Source: Sminthopsis crassicaudata (Eukaryota). Taken from it: a DNA stretch of 64,000 nucleotides. A model generated the notes under the pieces. The model ran no database searches. It saw only the letters and a program-made list of their open reading frames with translations, and had not been told where the DNA came from. The DNA is taken from assembly GCF_048593235.1 (NCBI RefSeq), contig NC_133619.1, positions 636,780,558 through 636,844,557 on the forward strand, written 5' to 3'. Of this stretch, positions 44,901 through 58,290 are shown piece by piece; position 1 is the first letter of the stretch; each line of letters starts with the position of its first letter. Made by a program: the position numbers and the translations under genes.

Positions 44901-47743
44901 CCGAGGCTACCGGGGCCACTGAGAACTAGAATCTCCCTCTGGGAGTCTGGACCCCAGAACACAGAGGCTTTTGTGGGTGGCCCAGCTGGAGCCTCCTCTC
45001 CTTCCTCCCAAAGGACTCTTGGTGCCAGCCTCAGTGAGAGCCAAGGCTTCTGGCCAACCTGACTCAGGCTCCGGGCACCTGGGAGGCCCAGGCTTTGGGG
45101 GCGGGTCTCACCTTTGCTGGCCCTGGAAGGGGGTTGGGTACTGGGGTGCTGGAGCCTCCTGGTTTCTCCCTCCCCATCTTCTTCGTCCTCCCCTGGGGGC
45201 TCCACAAAATAGTCATCCACTGTCTGTGGAAAGGACTCCTCTTCCTCTTCCTCTTCCTCCTCCCCTCCTGGGGACTGTGGCTGGGTGGGAGCATCACTGC
45301 AAAGATGGTGAGACCCCAGAACTGGCTGTGGTACCCACAAGCCTCCCATACCCAGTACCCACTTCCCAACTTTTGGGGACACAGGCCTCCCAGACTTCAA
45401 CCTTCGGGCTCCCAGTCATTCAGCCCTCCCCCGCAGTTTTCTACCATCTGGCCTGCCAAGTTCCATCTGACAGGCTAGCCCTGGCCCTCCAGGAGACTCA
45501 GGGGCTCACCTGTGGGGGGTCTGTGGAGGTGTGGAGGTGCCTGGAGCCGGGCAGCAGACATACTCCACACCCCGAAATCGGTCTGTTCCACATGGGAGGA
45601 GCATCCCTGAGCCATGAAGAACCAGGCCCTCAGAGTGGCAAGCCTGAGGAAGAAACGAGGGAGGGCTTTGGGAGATGGAGTACCAGGGAGAGTGTGGGGC
45701 GAAGGGAGGTGGGGACCAGGGTCCCAAGGGTTAGGGAGATGGAACATTACACACTAGGATCCTAAGGAAGACAGGGCATGTATGTGTGACTACTAGGGCC
45801 TCTACCCTGAATGCCAGGGCCTCTACCCTGAAGGCCAGGACCTCTACTATGATACCTAGGGCCTCTACCCTGAATGCCAGGGCCTCTACTGCGAAGGCCA
45901 GGGCCTCTACCCTGAAGGCCAGGGCCTCTACTGTGAAGGCCAGGACCTCTACTATGATACCTAGGGCCTCTACCCTGAAGGCCAGGGTACCCGGGTTCCT
46001 GCCTCACCTCTTGAGCCTGATGGTGTCTATAGGCTGAGCCTTCACACTCATCCATCCTCTCCTGGTGCAGGAACTTGCAGCCCTCAGGAACCAAGAGGGC
46101 CTCACTCACGAATTCACCGGCTGTAGGGAGACACGGGCCGATAAACGAGCCCCTCCCCTCTTCCCAGCCAAAGGGGCCTCAGACGCCCACCTCAGGGACT
46201 GGGGGGTTTTGCCCCAAAGCTACTGCCCAGGTGTCTCCGACCCCGCCCCCATTTTCTCGGCGCCACTTGGGGTCAAGGCTTCCCCCACTCACGCAGGCAG
46301 TGATAGGGGATCACAACGTGGTGGGGGCATCTGCTCCCACGGGCACCCCCACACCAGCGCTCCATCGGAATGGGTCTCGAGGCTTCCTCCACGCGGCCGA
46401 TCTGGAGGTCGGGGTACACCTGGCGTGGGAGAACAGGGGGGGGTTCCATGAGAAGGGAGCTCGCAGTTCTCCCGATCCCACCCAAATCCCCTCCCGAAGG
46501 CTCTTCCCAAATCCGAAGATTTCAGCTTTGCTCCCACGTACTCGCACGGCTCCACCCCTAATGGTCGCCTCCCTCCGCTGCCCTGGCCATCCTGAGCCCC
46601 TCCCCTTCAGACCCCCGGCTCGGCCCGGCCCCCTCAGGCCACGCCCACCTGTCTGCAATAAGCCAGCACGTGCTGCGGGTCTCGGAGGCAGCGGCGTGAG
46701 TGCTGGGGGTCGGGTTCCCAGCGGCCTGTGCGCAGGTCTCTGTGCAGGGTCAGCCGCCCGCAGAGCCCAGCCACCTGGGGGACCCCCGCGATCTGAAAAG
46801 CGCAGGAAGCACCGCAGGGTTGAGAGCGAAGAACCACAAGTCCGGGAGGCTGGCCCCGGCCCCCGGCCCCGCCCCCTCAGGGACCCAGGAGTCCCGACTC
46901 CGACATCTGAGATACGGGGCATCCGGACCCCCGGACCCCGCCCCCCTCGAGGACCCAGGCATCCGAGCCCCATCTCTAGTCCCCCCTCAGGGATCCAGGC
47001 CCCAGCCCCCGCTGCGGTGCAGATGGCGTTGCCAAGGCAACTGCTCCGGAGGGGATGGGGGTCGCCATGGAGACTGGGTCCCAGGTGAATCGCCTGGCAT
47101 CACCGGCTGGTTACCGCGGAGACCGACCCTCCTTCCCGCTGCCGCACCCCGTCCTCCTCTGGCCCGCGGGGGCGGGGGGCGGCGCAGGCAGGGGTCTTTC
47201 TCTGCTCTTGTTCACTCCCCACCCCGTGACCCGGTTGCTTTGGTCCCCTGCGCCGCGATGCAAGGACCCAGGAGTCTAGGCCTCCAGCCCCTACCCCCCT
47301 CAAGGGCCTGCAAACGTCCTGATCCCACAACCCTTGCCCCCGTCGGGCTCTCGTGGGTTTTACGCGCCGATCTCTCCCCTCAAAGAGCGGGGTCCGGCTG
47401 GCGCAGGGCCGCGGGTGTCGGGGTCCCAGCCCTCCCCTCCCCTCCCGCCTCAGGCTCCAGACCCCCAACCCGTTCGGAGCCCCACCCCCCATTTCAACCG
47501 CAGCTTCTGGAGGACTGCAGAGCGAGAGTCGGGTGGGGTGGGATGTGGAGGGTGGGGGGGCGGCTTTGGGCGTCTGGATCCCCCCTCACCCGCAGCCGGG
47601 GGCGTGGGTCTCACCTCCCCGGGGCTAGGCGTCCCCCTGGATGAGCTCCCGGGCGCCGGGAGCAGCAGCAGCAAAAGCGGCGGCAGCAGCAGCGAACCGA
47701 GGCGGCGTCCGAGCCCGCGGGCCGCGGGGTTCGCCGACCCCAT
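41937..47743 (-). CDS. APLP1: APLP1. Exons 47615-47743, 46649-46792, 46293-46419, 46008-46120, 45510-45643, 45112-45296, 44722-44852, 43800-43874, 43524-43683 (+1 nt), 43215-43343, 42966-43065, remnant ~42899-42938, 42765-42791, 42567-42610, 42386-42448, 42137-42289, 41937-42035
   Basis: [84 protein letters not shown] and cytoplasmic [14 protein letters not shown]. PolyA signal at 41633-41638. Confidence 0.96.
44060..44300 (+). mobile_element. L1 3' end in an APLP1 intron
   Basis: tgatttttcttgtgcaa.atga..atgtggaa...ggggaggg.gggagggagaaaaa...gaatgttgaaaatt...aaaa. Confidence 0.65.
44578..44675 (-). mobile_element. Short SINE 3' fragment with poly(A)
   Basis: T-run followed by gattggggttaagtgacttgcccagggtcacacagc. 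Confidence 0.65.
45797..45986. repeat. 21-bp VNTR (AGGGCCTCTACCCTGAAGGCC, ~9 units) in APLP1 intron 4
   Basis: Seen directly. Confidence 0.9.
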
Positions 47744-49206
47744 GTCCGGGCCGGGGCTGGGGCCCGAGCCCCCTTCTCTGTCTGCCCTGCCCGGCCCCGC
47801 AGCGAGCCCTGGGCCCGCGATCTCCTTCCTGGGCTCGGCCGGCCTGCCTTCTGGCTCCGCGGAGCTCGCCCTGCCCTTCCCCCAGCCCTTGGTGGGTCGC
47901 CCTCCTTTCACTCCTCCGGCCCCCTCCCCCGGGTTTCCCCGCCCAGGGCCCGCCGGTGACAGGAGCTCCCAGCACCGCCGCCGCCTCCTCCTGCTGCCGC
48001 CCCCCCCAGCCCCGGGCTGCGCCGGCGCCGCCAGCCCCGCCCCGGCCCCGCCTCCCCGGTCGGGACAATAGCGCGGGTGAGAGTGCTTGCCCTGCTGCGC
48101 GCGGTGGGCCCTGAGCCTCCTCCCGGAGCCCCCCACGCCCCGGAGATTCGAGCAGTGATGTCCGCAGCCCCTTGACCTTCAGGGGTCACCCGGCCCAGAG
48201 CCCCAGTCCCGGTCCGGCCTCCCTCCCTAGACAGGAGCGTTAGCACCGCACCATTACGGCATCTCCACTCCCCAGCCTGCGCTGCCTCGGAACGTGGGAA
48301 AACTGGGGAAGGGTCCCGAGCTGGGGCTGGGGCGCGGCCAGCTTCCCCTTGGACCTGCAAAGGTCAGTGTCTCTGGGGCTTTTTCAGACCCATGTGGGTC
48401 TGAAGGCTGGGGAGGGGGGGACCCTGAACCCTAGACCCCCCTCCTCATATCCACCCCAATAACCCACAGCTGAATGGGGGGGTACCCGGACGCCTGGGTC
48501 CGGAAGGGGGAGGCACGCTGGGATCCCGACGCCTGTGCCCCTGAACCTTCAGACGGGGCCCTCTGGGATGGTTGATTACAGAGATTTCTCATACACATTT
48601 TTCCATTTTTTTAATTAAACATAAATATTTAAACCCCACCATTCACTCATTTCCAGATTTGCATTTGCCTCAGCAATGGGGTCCTCCTAAGACATGTGAC
48701 CCATACCCTCCTTCCCTGCATTAGGCTGGTGTGGCCACCAGAGCCCACCATCTTGGATCCCCGTGTCGGAAGCCATCTTGGCACAGTTTCCATGAGACTG
48801 CCATCTACCAGGCAATGGAGAGCCCTCGTTCTAGGTCCTTATACCATCACACATCTGCTTCCTGGGCAAGGCAGGCCTTCCCTCCCCCCCACATTGAAAT
48901 CAAGTATCCTTGATTCCGCACTTGTCACTTCCCTGGCCCATCCTAGCCCATCTGCCACTTTGAGTTCTCTTGACTCAAGTGAACTGAGAGACCTGTTTAC
49001 ACTTGGGCCTTTTCCATTTGCTGAGCCAGGTGTCCATCAAAGTCAGGCTCCTCCTCCCCGCCCCCACATCCAGTCTTGGGTTGCTATTTTGAGGGGGAAA
49101 GAAATCTTCTTGGTTGCCCAACGATTAGACCCAAGAAAGGACTGGATCCTTTGCAGAGGCCTCCCATTGGCTGGAGTGGGTGACCAGCTGTCAGTCTGAG
49201 GGCAGG

Positions 49207-52200
49207 TCACACGTGGGTCTGGAGGCGCTGGTGGCCAGGAACAGGGATGACGGTGTAGGAGAAAGGCGAGGGCTCCGGGGCCGGGTCAGGGGTTCCGTAG
49301 GGCGTGGGTCTGACGTAGCTGGTGAAAGCTCGGGTGTACGGGGTGGTGAGGTAGCCCTCCCGAGGCCTGTAGCCACCACCGAGGTCTGGGGGGAATAAGG
49401 CCAGGTGAGGGGTCAGGTCATAGAACCCAGAGGCGGAAAAGACTGGAGATGCTGGAGAGGAGAACAGGGCGGCTCCAGGGTCCTGGCTCGCACTCACACC
49501 TCGAACCTTATAGTAGCCATTAGTGGGATCCTGGGGCAGATTTTTTAAAAAGGGAAAAAAAAAGGTGAAGGTTGAAGATGAGGAGCCAGAAATCCAAGGG
49601 AGACCAAGGGCCAGCGGGGGCACAAGGAGAGAGCTGTGAAGTATATAAGGGGGGGCACTCATGGGCAAGGCCCAAGCCAACCACCAGAGCCTCCCGACAC
49701 CTTTTAGAGAGGCGGGAAGTCTCGCAGAGACAACGGGGAGACTGGGTGGTGGCGGATAGACCGAGAGAAGAAACCCGGGGGACCCAGACACAGGAGACGG
49801 AACCAGGAGGTCCCCCAACAGGTGGAGAAGCTTCTGGCTGGGGCTGCGAAATTGGGGGGGGCAGGGAAACCTTCGCACGTAGGAAGGGGGAGGGCACAGT
49901 GGCTGTGCCGGAACAAAGGAGACCCAGGGCTGACTGATAGGGTGAGGGGAGCCCAGACAAGGAAACGGGGAGCCGGGAGGTGACTGAGAGGACCCAGGAG
50001 GAGGAAGGCAGAAGTCAGACAGAGCCCAGGCTCCAGGCCCCGCCCCCAGCGAGCCCCGCCCACCTTGGACTCAGGCCCCGCCTCCTCGTCGCCCGAGAGG
50101 TCGCCGTGCTTGGGGTGGGAGGTGCCGGCGGACTCGCAGCTGGGGACCTGGGGGGAGGGGTCGGAGCTATCGGCGGGTGTCCGGGAGAGGTCCCCGGGCG
50201 CCGCCGCCGCCCACGCCGCCCCTTCCGGCCCCGCGCTAGCGGCGCTCCCTACCCGGCCGGGATCCCGGCTCCCTTCCTCTTCCTCGGGCGCCCGAGGGCT
50301 GGAACCGTCGCTGTCCGTGATTTGCACCAGGATGTCCCGCTTGGAGATCCTGGCCCCGGAGCCTGAGGGGGGGAGAAGGCGGAGTTCGAGGGCGGCATCC
50401 CAGAAACTGGGGGGCCCCGAGCGGGCGGAGGCGGGGCTGGGCCTGGGGGCGGCGGCGGCTGCACTGACCTCGGCCTCGGCGCCAGCAGCAGTGGGCGCCC
50501 CCCGCGATCAGCAGCAGCAGCAAGGCGGCGGCCGCTGCAGCCACTCCGGCCACGATGCGCACCAGGGGCAGTGGGTCTGGGAGGGACACAGAGGTCAAAG
50601 GAGTTAGCGGAAAGTGTGGGGACCCCGGGGGACCCGGCTCGGTTTGGAGGGGCAAGAAGCCTGGCCGAGGTGGGGTGCGAGGGACGGTCCTGGGAGTTCA
50701 GGGGGCGTCCCGGGGAGTGGTCAGGGAGATCTGCAGGGATGTGGGCGGCCCGGGCCGGGGGGACGTGGAGAGTCGGGGGCCTCCGTGCTCACCACTGCGG
50801 GTCAGCCCAGCCCGGGCTCCGGCCTCGCCCAGGCGGTTGCGAGCGCTGCAGTTGAAGTCCCGGATGAAGTCCGGTTCCCGAGTCCCCGAGATGTGCAGCA
50901 CCGAGACCAGCCCCCGGCGGCCACCGCGCGGGGCCCCTGGGGCGGGAAAGGTCTCCACGAGGAAACGGCCTCGAGCTCCCGAGGCCAGGGCGCCCTCGCC
51001 CCAGGACCAGACCTGGGCGGGAAGACGGAGAGCTAGGGAGGGATCGGAGCTGGGGGGAGGGGCGAGGTTCTTCAGGGAAGAGGGGGAACCTTACCACGGC
51101 GTCGGGGGCTGGAGAGCCGAGCACTAAACACTCCAGCCGGGCAGGGGCTCCCAGGGCAGCCGGGGGCGAATGCAGGGCAGTCACTGCGGGGGGTCCTGGC
51201 AGGATTCAACAGCCAATCAGAGACGGCCCTCGCCCTGGCCCATCCCCTCCCTTCCTCCTGCCCCCCAGACCTCTGCTCACCATGCACAGTCAGTGTTGCC
51301 TCCCCCAGGCCGCCCCCCACTCCTGAGGGGCCTGGCTCCGCTCGGCACTCATAGCTTCCTGCATCCCCCGGTCCCACAGCCGCCAGACGCAACGTGGGCC
51401 CCGAGCCCAGGATCTGGGGGAGCATGGGGAAAGAGCCATTAGGGGACATGGCAAGGAGGGAAAAGAGCTCAACGAGCCCCTCCCCCCAGCCCCAGTCCAT
51501 TACCTTAGTCCCTCCGTGGCGGGTCCAGGTCACTCTAGGGGGCGGGTTCCCCTTCCAGGTGCAGGTAAAAGAGGCGTCTTCCCCCACATCCACTGCCAGT
51601 GACTCAGGCGGAGAGAGGAGGAGGGGGCCGACTGAAGGTGAAAGAGGCTGTCAATGGGACTCGGGCACCCAGACCTCCCAACCTCCCCCTCCCCCTCCCG
51701 GGCACTGGACTAACCCCCTCCTCCTTCTGCAGGTTTCAAGGCATCACAAGTACCCACGTCCTATCAGCCAGGGGACCAAGGCCCTGAGACTTCCCAAGGC
51801 CTGCGGGAACCCGGCCATTGCCTGCCCAGCTTCTTTAGAGATTCCCCCCCAAGAGCCCCCCACTGACACTGCACATCCAGCGCTGTGCTCCGGTTGGTAC
51901 TGCCCACGGCGTTGGTCACCTCGCAGGACACAGGTTCGGTCAGGAAGGAAGCATCAGCTTTCGCCTCCAACAGAGGCCCCCGAGCGCCGGGAAGCACAGA
52001 TCCCCCCTTTGCCCACCTGGGGGGGGTAGGAAGGATCAACACTGGAGTCTCAAGCATGGGGGGAGAGGGGATGGAGTCCTGGGACGGTCCCATCTCTGGG
52101 GGCTGGGAGTATCTGCAGGGGCTCACCTGTAGCCAGTGACTGGGGGATGGGCTGTTGCTCTGCACAGAAAAGTGACTTTCCCGCCCTCAGGCACTGTCTG

Positions 52201-53929
52201 TGGCTCGGCAGACAGAGTCACCACTGGGGGATCTAGGAGATGGGAAGGGATTGAAGTCAGAGTAAAGAAGGCCCTACCCAGCATCCTTTTCCCCAATCTG
52301 CTCTCTTATCGTCTGAGTGCCCTGCAGAAGCCAGAAGTCCAGCTCTCACTCACACTGCAGGCTGAGGGTGACTTCAGTCTGTCTGCCCCTGGGCAGGGCT
52401 GGGCTCCGGGCCTGGCAGATGAAGGAGGCACCGTCATCCCTGGCAGAGGGGGTGATTGAGACAGAGCTCTCTGCTGCTCCCAAGTTCCCGCTGGCCAGCA
52501 GGGTCTGGAGGGATGTGGGAGAAAGGATTAGGGGTAGTTGACCTCTCTGACCCTCGTTGAGGGGATGGCTTAGTTTATTTCTGGTTGGTCCCCCTGGTCC
52601 CTCCTCTGCTCCTTCTCACCATTACCTCCAAACTTTTACAAAGGTCTCTAGGAAATTATTTTCTATTCTCTGTCCTCCCTATGCTGTGAAGTAAGAGACG
52701 CCCCAGATTATACTCTGACCTGGCTGTAACTGGCTCCCTCCAGACGAACACCATCCCGAAACCAGAGCAGCTCAGGGATGGGGCGAGCGCCACCTCGGGT
52801 CCGGCAGGTCAGGTTCCCAGGAACCCCAGCAACCAGAGCCACGGTTGGAGCCCCTAGCACCTCGGGGGCTTCTGGGGGAACTGAGGACAGAAGAACCGTG
52901 AACCTCCAGGCCTCCTTATCTCAGCAGACACCCCAGCCTCTGCCTAGCAAGATCAGGAATAGTCGGGGACAGTGGAGGCAGAAACTATGAAGTGACATAT
53001 GGGGTGGGGGGGGTCCTTGAGTCCCTCAGGCTAAACACAGGAATTATGGGTGGGGGGGGACATCTGAGTGGGGCCAAATGCCCGTGTCCCAGCTGGACAA
53101 GGGAGGCAGGAATTACCGAGGACTTGGAGCCGAGCCGGCCGGGAGCGAAGGGCAGCCTGGGTAGCCTGGCACTCATAGGAGGCTTCATCCCCAAGCTCAG
53201 CGGGCCCAATGTGCAGATCGTGGTGGCCCCCGGCCCTGTCTCCTGCTATCCAGTAACGGGACCACCCTGGGGACGGCACAAGGGGCGGGTTCAGATGTGG
53301 AAATCCCAGCCCAGGCTTCCGTTATCTCCCTCCAGGAGAAGTTCCAGCCCCTAAAACCACTCCAGGGTGGGGCTCACCAGGCAGATCCCGTTCACCCCCT
53401 AGGGCTAAGCCGTCCTTTGTCCATTGAACCAAACCGTGGTAGCCGCTGAGCGCGCAGGGGAGGACGGCCTCCTCCCCCAGGACAACCTCGAGGTCCTCGG
53501 GCTGCTGTGTGAAGTGGGGAGCGTGGCCTGGCGTGGGGGAGAGGGAGTCAGAGCTCGGGGAAGCTGAGAGACCCTCGTCCCCAGGGCAGGGGTGGGGGCA
53601 GCTGGGATCCTCCCGCCCGCAGCTTCCTTTGTCCCCAGTCTCCCTGTCGAGCTTCGGGACGGTGACACAATTCCAGCCCATCAGGACTTAGGCGTCCTGG
53701 AATCCTGGCAGCCCGAGGCCACGAGGCTCGTTTCTGTCCTTCCCTCCCCAGCCTCGCTCTGAGGGTCTCTCCCACCCCACCAGAGGGGAAAGAACATACG
53801 GGGAAACTGAGGCACTGTCGTCCCCCCCGCCAAGCTCCCAAGAGCCTTTGCCCACTATCTCTTTCCGTCCCATCCCGTACCTGCGCTGCAGCCGAGGAGG
53901 AAGAGGAGAAGCAGGTGCACTGAAAACAT
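49207..53929 (-). CDS. KIRREL2: KIRREL2 (NEPH3), 707 aa, 15 exons: 53881-53929, 53378-53527, 53117-53266, 52720-52880, 52354-52504, 52127-52232, 51868-52016, 51504-51631, 51281-51413, 51095-51195, 50793-51012, 50469-50576, 50253-50362, 50064-50147, 49207-49530
   Basis: Signal peptide, five Ig domains (LVQWTKDGLALGG, ELLWFRDG, SFLTEPVSCEV.NAVGS), TM VRIVAGVAAA, DPTNGYYKVRGVS and C-terminal RLQTHV. The exons sum to 2124 nt in frame with no disruption. Confidence 0.96.
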
Positions 53930-53949
53930 CTTCGTGTTCTCGAGCCCCC

Positions 53950-55150
53950 CCTCAAGTCCTCAAACTTTCTGAGTTACTCGCAGCCCCCCCCGGACGCGCG
54001 GCCGCCCCCGCACCTGCTCACTCTGCCCCCCCAGGACCCCCCAGGCGGACTCGGTGACCCCCTCAGGCTCACGCGCGGGGTAGCTCGGCTCTGCGCTTCC
54101 TCTTCCCGAGCTCTCGGCTTGCCTGACGCTCAGCAAGTCCCGGGGGGCCGGGCCTGGCTACACACTTAGGCAGCCCTCCTCGGTCCCGCCCCCAGCCGGA
54201 CACGCCCCCTCCTCATTGAGAAAACCCTCCTTGAGACGAAAATTAATTGTGGGGGCGAAGGGGGGAGCGTTTGGGAGGGAAGTGCGCAGTGGGGAGGGGG
54301 CCACCTGTCGGGAGGGAGGGGAGGGGCCGAGGGCTAGGGGACAGATGTGGGGTCCCCCCGTCGGTCTGGATCAGGGCTCCAAATGCCGGGGTGCGGGGCG
54401 GCGCGCGCCGCTCGTCCGGGCCCCGGGGAAGGAGTTCGTTCAGTCAGTGGAACAAACTCGCTCAGGCTGGGCCCTGGGGCTCGGAAGCCGGGTCTCCAGG
54501 GCTCCCCAAGTGGAAAAGGAGATATAAATGTCGCAGCCCCGGGGACCCGGCTGAGCCGGGGCCGCGGGGACGCGGGGCTATTTTTACCTTGAGAGCAAGG
54601 TAGATCGGGGTCAGATCGGGGTCAGCGGCGGGGGGGAAACTGAGTCTCGGCGATGGGAAGCCCCCGGCGCCGTCCTCCCTCCGAGCCGCCCGTCTAATCG
54701 CGGGCACTCAGGGCAAGGCTCTCCACACCAAACTCTGCCGAGCCTTTTTTTAAATCGGGAGCCAGGAGTCGGGTCCCCCAGACCCTGTGGGGCCCGCTCT
54801 CAGTCACCCTCGGGACTAGGCGGCCCGCCCCCCATCCCTCCGCCGCGAGACCCCAGACATCCCGCTCCCACACTCCCTCTGCCTCTTCGCTGCCTCCCCG
54901 TCACCCGGGAGACGCAAGTGGGAGGGGCCGGGACCAGGAGGCTGGGAACCGAGCAGCTTGTCCTGACGGTTCAATGAGGGTCCCAGCCGCGCGTTCCCAC
55001 GAGGGCCAAAGAGGTCCAGGGGCAGCTGGGACAAGCAGGTGGGAGGGAAGGGCGCGTCCCTGAGAAATGCCCGCTTCCCACAATCCGGGAACAGAAGCCA
55101 GGACACCTGGGTCCCCAGGAGCAGGGCAACATGGGGGGGGGGCGGATGCC
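53950..55150 (-). promoter_or_regulatory. KIRREL2 upstream CpG island / promoter
   Basis: High CpG density directly 5' of coding exon 1. Confidence 0.6.
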
Positions 55151-58099
55151 TCGGACTCTGGGGCAGCCGTGGGAGCGGGGGCCTGGACACCTGGGGAGCC
55201 TTCGGAAGGAGGGTGGGCGAGGATGGGAAGCCCGGCTCTCTCAAATGGGAGTGGGGGAGGGGGCAAGGGGGCAGATGCCCCAGGCTCCACTCTGAGAGAC
55301 GCCATGTCCTGCAGGGTCAGAAATCCGGCCTTAAATCACCCGGCTTCATTGGATTTAGCCACCAATCCAGATGCCTCTCTCTGTAGCCCCCCCCAGCACG
55401 CTGCCCGAGGATTTGGGGATCAGCACACGCCAGACATCTGGCTGGATGCCTCGGTTCCCGAGCTAGCAGGGGCTGGGGCAAGGAGGGCGGGGCAGGGCTG
55501 GAGGAAGGAAACTTGGGCACCAGTTTCCCCAGATGCTTTCGCTCCCTGCCCCCCACGATGGGGATGGAAAGAGGGAGCGTCTGGGATGAGGCCCTAGGGA
55601 GCCAAGTCAGGAAATAAGCCGTTGCTGGGCAAAGGGAAGGAAAATAAAAGTGCTGGGGGAGGAGAAGTGAAGAGCAATGGTGAGATGGGATGCAAATTAA
55701 AGATGATGAGATTCCTGGCTAAAAGCAAGTCTCCCGGACTTTTTCTCTGCTTCTAGAACCAAACTAGATTAAGTTCTACTGATCTGAAGCACTGTAAACC
55801 CTCCCCTAGTTCCAAGTCCCCGTCCTCCAATCAACCCCCCAAGCCCCTGATTCCTTTATGCCCCTTCTAGCACCCAGTGATCCTTGGAGGGGGGGGGGTG
55901 GCCCTCCATTTTCCACTTTGGGATCTTGGATTCTTGCCCTTTAACAGCTCACACAAGAGCCCCAAGAGCCCCTGGATTCTTTAGAGCTGGCTTCCCTGAA
56001 AGAGCGAAGCTTAGCGTGACTACAGGACACAAGCAAGGGAAAGGGAACAAGGATTCTGAGAGAGATCCAGAGAGAGGACATTAAGGAGGCAAAAATTCTA
56101 TTAAGAATCAGAAATTAAAGGAGCAGTTTAAGACAGAGGGGAAGTGACATGGAGGGTTTAGAGAGCTGGAAACTGGGGCTCCCTCTAAAAACAATCTCTC
56201 AACAGGGGGTGCTAAACTCCTGGGTAGGAAGTATTCAGGGAAATTGCCAGAAGGGAGGAATGGGGGTGCCCAGAGTGATGTAATTGTGAGAGTAAATCTC
56301 TGGGAGCTAAAATGAGAGCAGAAGAGGCTTATCCCTTACAAGGGACCAGCATATGGTCCAGGAATTATAGGATGTGGGTAAGGGGAGAGACAGAGTGACT
56401 GCAAGAAGCAATAATATTCATTAGTTAATAGTTAACATTTATTAAGCTCAGAAACCCTGAAAAATCTCCCCATTGCTCAGGAAGGGATCTGTCAATAACC
56501 CATTTTTACCCTCTAAGCCCACCACAGGCCTAGAGATCCCATAAGACTTTGTGATGCCAGTTGAGGTAAGGGAACACAAACTAATATACCTGTGATCCCT
56601 AAGGAAGTTTACCCTAGGTACAGCGAGAACCACAGATCCCTTCCTATAGCCTAGGTGGAACTCAGAAATACAACAGATAAGATCCCAGAGTCCCCAGTGG
56701 GACCAGGAGACCCCACAAAAACATAGCTGATGGTCTTACCTATGATATAACAACCATGTGAGACCAAAAGGATCCTACAATTACCAAAGTGATCAACATA
56801 TATAGTAGGAGGTGCAGAATGCCAGCCAAGCAGCCCTAGGTGCTCAGTAGGAATTCAGTAATTCCATGGTAAGTCATCTGTGAACCCCCTAGAAACCTCA
56901 CAGGAAGCAAAAGAGGAAGCCCCATCTTGTTCCAAAGATATCATCATAATACTGCTGGAAGTCCAGCAATCACCCAGAAAAGCCACAAAACTGCAAACTG
57001 GGATCAAATCCCCTATAATGGCCCCCACTGGGGGGACAGCAGAGTCCTAAATCATTCAGAGTAATACATTTGTAAGCCCACTGGGAAATCAAGAATCCCA
57101 TAATAATATCTCTGGGAGACACCAACTGGACCCCAGAGGTTCTAGAATAATTTCATCTAGAATCAATGAAAAAAGCATTTATAGAGTGATTATTATGTGT
57201 CAAGAATTGTGTTAAGCATTAGAGATAATAGATACAAGTAAGACAGTCTTAGCCCTTGTCAAGTGTTTACAGCACATAAAGGCGCGGTATAAAAGAGTGT
57301 GAGAAAGTAAATACTAAAGTGATAGGGTTCCCACACAAAACTAAAAAGAATTCCTGCTTTCAAAGAGCTTACATTCTCCTGGGCAAGAGAGAACAACTTG
57401 TAAACAAAAACTGCTTACAGTGAATAACAAATAACAATTTGAGAGGGGAAAGAGTACAACAGCTAGGAGACTGGAAAAACTTTCCAAAGGAGATGGAAAA
57501 TACTCATGAGCTGGACCTTGAAGGAAACTCAGTATTCTGAAAGACTGAGGAGAAGAGAAAGTATACTCTAGGAGGTATTGGGAACAAGCTGGGTAAAAAC
57601 ATGGAGGTGAGAGATGAAATTCTGCGTTTTGGAAAACAATAAGTAAACCAGCTTGGCTATAACAAAAATCATGTGGAGGGAGGTAAGGTGCAATGGCTCT
57701 GACAAGAACCTTGTAGGATCAGCACCTCTGTGAACCTACTATATAAAAGGATCCTATAAGAAATCTCAGAGCATTCATTAAAGTCCCAAAGAGCCCTTGA
57801 ACCAAAGACTACAAAACTAGTTCTTTTTTGTAATAAGGTTCCTCATTCTTCCCTGTTTTTAAATGGGGAAATGGGGAAAGAGGATTGGCAATAATGATGG
57901 CAAAAAAGAAAATGCCCCTGAAATATTTTAATGCACATAAAGAGAATGGGAGGAAATTCATTAGCAAGTACAGACAAGCAGGAACATTTTGAAAAATAGT
58001 ATGTTGGATTTTTACTTAAAAAAAAGCGATCATTGGTTAATAACAATTAGGTAGACTTAGCCTTTTAAAAAAGCCTTTTACTTAGACTAATGTTTTCTT

Positions 58100-58290
58100 T
58101 TTTATTATTATTATATAGCTTTTTATTTACAAGATATATGCATGGGTTATTTTTCAGCATTGACAATTGCCAAACCTTTTGTTTCAACTTTTCCCCTCCT
58201 TCCCCCCACCCCACCCCCAGATGGCAGGTAGATCAATATATGTTAAATATGTTAAAGTATAAGTTAAATACAATATATGTATACATTAGA
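58100..58290 (-). mobile_element. L1 3' tail (same family as 12128-12281)
   Basis: tagctttttatttacaagatatatgcatggg...cagcattgacaattgc.aaacc...cccagatggcaggt. Confidence 0.75.

Noticed and set aside
56400-57150. Recurring GATCCC-type motifs suggesting an old tandem repeat
   Set aside because: Spacing is irregular and no unit could be defined by eye.
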